From the human T2T-CHM13v2.0 reference genome, Homo sapiens, in the NCBI RefSeq assembly GCF_009914755.1, contig NC_060935.1: a stretch of 64,000 nt of DNA. The stretch is one strand, 5' to 3'. A program made the translations under genes and the position numbers. The notes below the pieces were generated by a model. The model made no database searches. It was not told the origin of the DNA and was given only the letters and a program-made list of their open reading frames with translations. This document shows, one piece after another, positions 59,059 to 64,000 of this stretch. Within the stretch, counting starts at the first letter, position 1. Every line of letters begins with the position of its first letter.

Positions 59059-61329
59059 CCAGGCTCTGAGCTTCTAAAGCTGTTTTTACCCACAAGCTCT
59101 TCAAAGGAAGCAGTCCAAAGTAAGGACATAACAAATGCCATGTATGATTGACTATTAACCCTCTCCTATAGCATAGTGAAAACCCCACCTTTTTGTATGA
59201 TAATGATTACAATGTCCTTATGTATGACCAATTCATAATGGTGCTCTCCATCTTTGAGGATGGGAGGAAAGAAGAGATTCTTGGATTTTCTCTATAGCTC
59301 AACATACACTTTCACAGCTATAGAGTGGCTCTCTCAACTAAACTATAGCAAGATTGGAGACATAGTATGTCACAGATGAAGTGGGTTGGTACTGCCTGGG
59401 ACCATTTTTTCTCCCTGGAATTATAAGGTAAATAGTTTTTCCACAAATCCAGGGCTTTTTCATAGGCAACTTAATCAACTATATGTATTTGAGAGTTTTC
59501 ATATGCTTTGTAGCATTAAGCATATCAGAGACAATGAGGCTGCAAGACATATAAAGCATATCCATCTCTACTCCTTGGCCTAAAAAAAAAAGTTTTATTG
59601 AGAGGCTAGGGCACTGTAAAAGAACTCTTGACAGTTAGGAACAAAACCACAAACTTTTCAACTAGTTTATCCTCCAGAATGAGACTATCATGAGTCATTC
59701 CTCTTCTAGAAGACCTGGGCTACCTTCCAAAAAGGATAAAGCAGTTGTTTTGTCATAATCTGGATATCAGCCACTCTCTCTCCCCTAAAGTCCACATAAA
59801 AAAAGTATGCAGAGATCCTTTTGGACAGTGTATCATTAATTCTTTAGCAACTCCAATTAGGTCAGCTCAGAAGTGTCTTGGCCCTTAAAGTCTTCCCTTC
59901 TAATCACTCCAAGCAGAGTCCATGTATCCCTACTATAATTTGCATTGCAACTCTGTTGCAGTACCTCAATTGTCCTGTGATTTGCTATTTATGTGTCTGC
60001 CATCCACAGTAGCCAATAGAATCATTAGAAGCCCAGCTTGTGTCAGGCCGATCTTGATATTTTCTTCACCAAGCACAGTTCTTGGCAAATAGCACACATC
60101 CAATCATTATTAATTAAATCTTATTAAACTGAATTGATTTCCATTTGACTAAACTGATCTTGAGAATTATTTTTGTTCTGTGTGAGTGACTGAAGCTTCT
60201 TTCCTTCTTTCAAAGAAAGTACTATCTATAATTTCTATATGAGGATGTTCTCTGATTTGAGGATATAAGAGTCTTGCTTTGGCATGATCTTTGTCACTTC
60301 CCTATAGCCCAGAGAGCAGAGTACATTGATGTATTTGCCTTCTAGTTACTCAACTGTTCAGATCTGTTCCAATATGAATCTCATGTTGATTCATTATTAA
60401 TATTAATTTAACATCTATTTTAATACATTAGGATTAATTCCTTTCACTCACATAGCATTTTATGTTTTCTTCTGCTAACGTCAATCTTTTTCCAGCCTGG
60501 ATTTAACCATCCGGCTTTGGAAGATTTTGAAATTCTGCTTGATTCCTGTCTCTTTCTTCTTGATACCTTGGGCTTTGTTCTCAACTCCATTCTATATGCC
60601 ATTGTCAAAGTCATGTTTAATGCCCTTCTTTTTCCCCAGTCTGTATACAAGAATGGTCTACGTAGTATAATATACATACTACATATTATTTTATGTTTTA
60701 TATCAAATATAATATGGATCAAATAAACTTCTGTTTAAAGGTTTAATTATCAAAATAAAAATAAGTTAATAAATGATAAAACAATATTTAATTATAAAAT
60801 CCTTCATTCTTCCAATATTTCTCTTTATGTTTACATTAAAATCTATACTTCTTACCATAACTGATAAGGTCCAATAGGAGAAGACCACTAGAAACCTCTT
60901 TAGTATACTACAACCACACTCCTTTTAGCAGCCTCTCAAACATTCCAACATGTTTCCATCTCAGGACCACTATACTGCTTTCTTCTCAGCTCAAATGCCC
61001 TTTCCACAAATGTTTGGGTCACTCTTCAAAAGTCATGTCCTCAGAAAGGTCTGCTTTGAACACCCTCACTGCCTCAGTCATACTCTTTCCTTTTGTTCCG
61101 ATTCATTTCTCTTAAGCAGTCTTATCTATTTAAGTGTTTACAGTAAGAAGGAAAATCCAATTCTGTCACTATATTGTTTTGTGTGCCTCTGCCACATAGT
61201 AGACCTTCATTAAATACTTTTAGTTAAAAAAGAATGACTAAATAATGTATCTTAAGACAACATTAATATATTTTTGGTATAATGAGATCAATTCTGTATT
61301 TATAAAATGTATCTTATTAAAAGATCTTG

Positions 61330-61472
61330 TTGGCACAATGGCTCACACCTGTAAGCCATCACACCTGTAAGTGTTTTGGGAAGCTGAGACAGGATGATCA
61401 CTTGAGTCCAGGGATTTGAGACTAGCCTGGGCAATATAGGGAGACCTTGTCTCTACAAAAATAAAAAAAAAA
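61330..61472 (+). mobile_element. FLAM/Alu monomer
   Basis: ggctcacacctgtaa (duplicated)...gagaccttgtctctacaaaa plus A tail. Confidence 0.8.
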
Positions 61473-63160
61473 ACAAAGTAATATCCTTTACAAAATATTA
61501 AAAATATTTCAATGTTAGTGCAATATACAAAATACATAAAATATAAACATACAATTATTAAGATTGCTGATTAGTCTTTGCATATGTTGTTACAAAATTA
61601 ATTAAGTGCTTTATTTTACCCCCAAATGCTAAGGTGTAGGGAAAGTAGACATAAAAGTAGAGTGGGTTAAAAGAGAAAACAGAAAAATCAGAGAGATAGG
61701 CATTAATTTTTAATGCATTATGCTAGATGTTTTATATCTGCTATTTCATTCAGTCTTCACATGGTAGTATTATTCCTGATTTACAGATTTGAAAACTGAA
61801 GCATAGAGAGATTAATTTCTCAAAGAACAGATATTGTTAAGAACACATGCAATTTGAATAGATGTACTTTGATTCTGAGCTTTTTAAACTATATCTTGCT
61901 TCCTATCTCATGTTAATTAATATAATTTAAAATGTTTAGAATGCAAGGAAATTGCATTCTAATTGAGGATATGTACAAATTAGGACACAGTATGCAATAT
62001 AAATGTTAAGGAAGGCCGAAGCCTTGGTCTTTATTACATGTCAGTTTCATTGCCCTATAGAGTCCCATCCAGAGCAATTTTAATCAATTAATGTCATTTC
62101 TATCACATTTCTGAAAAAAATACATCAAGTAAGAGGAAAAAATGTCCATAATGATTGTAGTAGCAAAACTCAGCAAATGGAACCAACTCTGAAACAGCAA
62201 GGGCAATACCTGCTAAGCCAGATCAGGAGGTAAAGAAGGTAAGAGACAGCTGGAGCCTTATAAAGCTGAGGAGAGAAAGAAGAGAGGGTAGCTAATTTTA
62301 AGAGAGGAGTGAGAAGAAAACATTGGGAAGTATTACTATTTGCTAGACTAGAGTTTTTGCTAGATTATTTTTATATTCAAATATTTCTGCTTTCCAAATC
62401 AGTTCATTTCACTTGTTTAAACTTGAAAATATATATTTGTGTATAGAGCTCTGTGGCATAATTTATGAACAGGAAATAGTAAAATAGCAAAATTACTTTG
62501 AGAATAAGAGGTAGAGTTGGCAAAGCCCTAATCAGTTGAAAACATAATAAACCTCCCATTAGCCATATTTATAATTAAAAAGGGACTAATGCATTTTCCC
62601 CAAGTACAGTACCTTATGTAGAAAGTTTACTCAAATATTTTTAATTAAATTGATTTTGTAAAGAAAGCTTCAGATTTTACTACTAACAAGTATTAAAATT
62701 CAGCATCATCTAAGGATGCTTTTCTTAGATGATGTCTTAAATTCTTTATATACATCATTACAATTCTTTATATACATCAACAACCCGATTATGCCAAATT
62801 GTTCTCTGGTCCCTGTTCCAAAGTTCTTATAATTACTTGAAACCATAACGTCATCTCACCTGCTCTTTCTTCCAAATCTGAAGCCCCCACCTCTGATTCC
62901 AGTCTAGTGGCTAGAATCCTGTTATCTATGGACTGACTTCCGACCCTGTGAAGTCTGCTTTTCTGTTCTTTGCTGGGGCAGATCATTTGTTCTGCTGTCA
63001 GAGTTATCCTATTTCCAAATCCCTATCCCACAAAGAGTTCTGAGTCTACCCAGTATTTTCTCTAACCGTGAATAAACAGTTGCATGATTTCTGAGATGAA
63101 CAATAGATAGGTGAAGTGAAGTGAATAGTGCCAACATCAAGGGATAGCTGTAAGATTTAG

Positions 63161-63445
63161 TGGCTGGATGCAGTGGCTCATGCCTGTAATCCCAGCCCTT
63201 TGGTAGCACAAGGTGGGAGGATCACTTGAGGCCAGGCATTTGAGATCAGCCTGGGCAACATAGGAAGACCCTATCTCTACAAGAAAATAAAAATAGTTAT
63301 CCAGGCATGGTGGCACATGACTGACTATAGTCCTAGCTACTCAGGAGGGTCACTTAAGCCTAGTAGTTTTAATCTGGGGGAAGCTATGATCACACCACTG
63401 CACTCCAGGCTGAGTGACACAGTGAGACCCCGTCTTGGGGAAAAA
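63161..63445 (+). mobile_element. AluJ
   Basis: Dimer with aggatcacttgaggccagg; TSD agatttagtg. Confidence 0.85.
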
Positions 63446-64000
63446 GTACAAGGAGATTTAGTGCCTTTTAAAATTTTCACAACTTCTCCAAATTTTAGTG
63501 AAAGTCTCCTCTTGTCTGGCAAAGATAACTCCAAGATAAGCTTCCTGCACTTCCCATTGAAACCATATTGTTTGTTTGTTTTTTAACCTCTAAGTTCCTC
63601 CTATGTCAAAATTTCGGAGTTTCTATTACAGCCACCCTCATTTATGTTCCTTCCAAATCTCAGTTCTTAGAGCACTCATATTTCAGACACACTTGAGGAC
63701 ATAAAGCCATATTACAAGACAATATTATGTTATGGTCCTATTTTACTTACCATTTAATTACATAGAAAAACAGAAATAAGTTTATTCTAGCGCTTTCTCT
63801 GCCTCAGTGCCCCACGTCTGCTTGCCAAGACTTTTATCTACACACCGCTGATTCCTTGATCTATCTTCTGAGTTTTGCTCTCATGGGACACCAATCCCTC
63901 CAGCTCTGCCACCCTCTGTAAACAAATGATTTCCTTGAAACAGTTCCTGAAAATTCCCAGAGGAGACCCTGGGTCAGGATCAGATCACAGCTTTTACTGA

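Overview
Human-type genomic DNA: about 64 kb of the class I (OR51) olfactory receptor cluster, which I recognise as 11p15.4. It holds six single-coding-exon OR loci: an OR51A-type pseudogene (+, cut by the window start), OR51S1 (-), OR51H1 (-), OR51H2P (+), OR51T1 (+) and a second OR51A-type pseudogene (-). They sit among L1s (including a near full-length L1PA with 5'UTR and an ORF0 homologue), Alus, MaLR LTRs, MER/Tigger/MADE1 DNA elements and simple repeats. I found no new multi-gene system. The most notable signals are: (1) a mirror-symmetric gene layout, A+ S- H- | H+ T+ A-, suggesting an ancient inverted block duplication; (2) several insertions copied from their own flanks in direct and snap-back orientation (polymerase-theta/template-switch-like scars), clustered in the right-hand pseudogene; (3) a TGA at the same homologous codon in both OR51H paralogues; (4) an L1 antisense ORF0 exon that is phase-compatible with the OR51S1 acceptor; (5) local duplications and direct L1 repeats flanking OR51H1. 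Gene symbols and repeat subfamilies come from memory, not from a database search.
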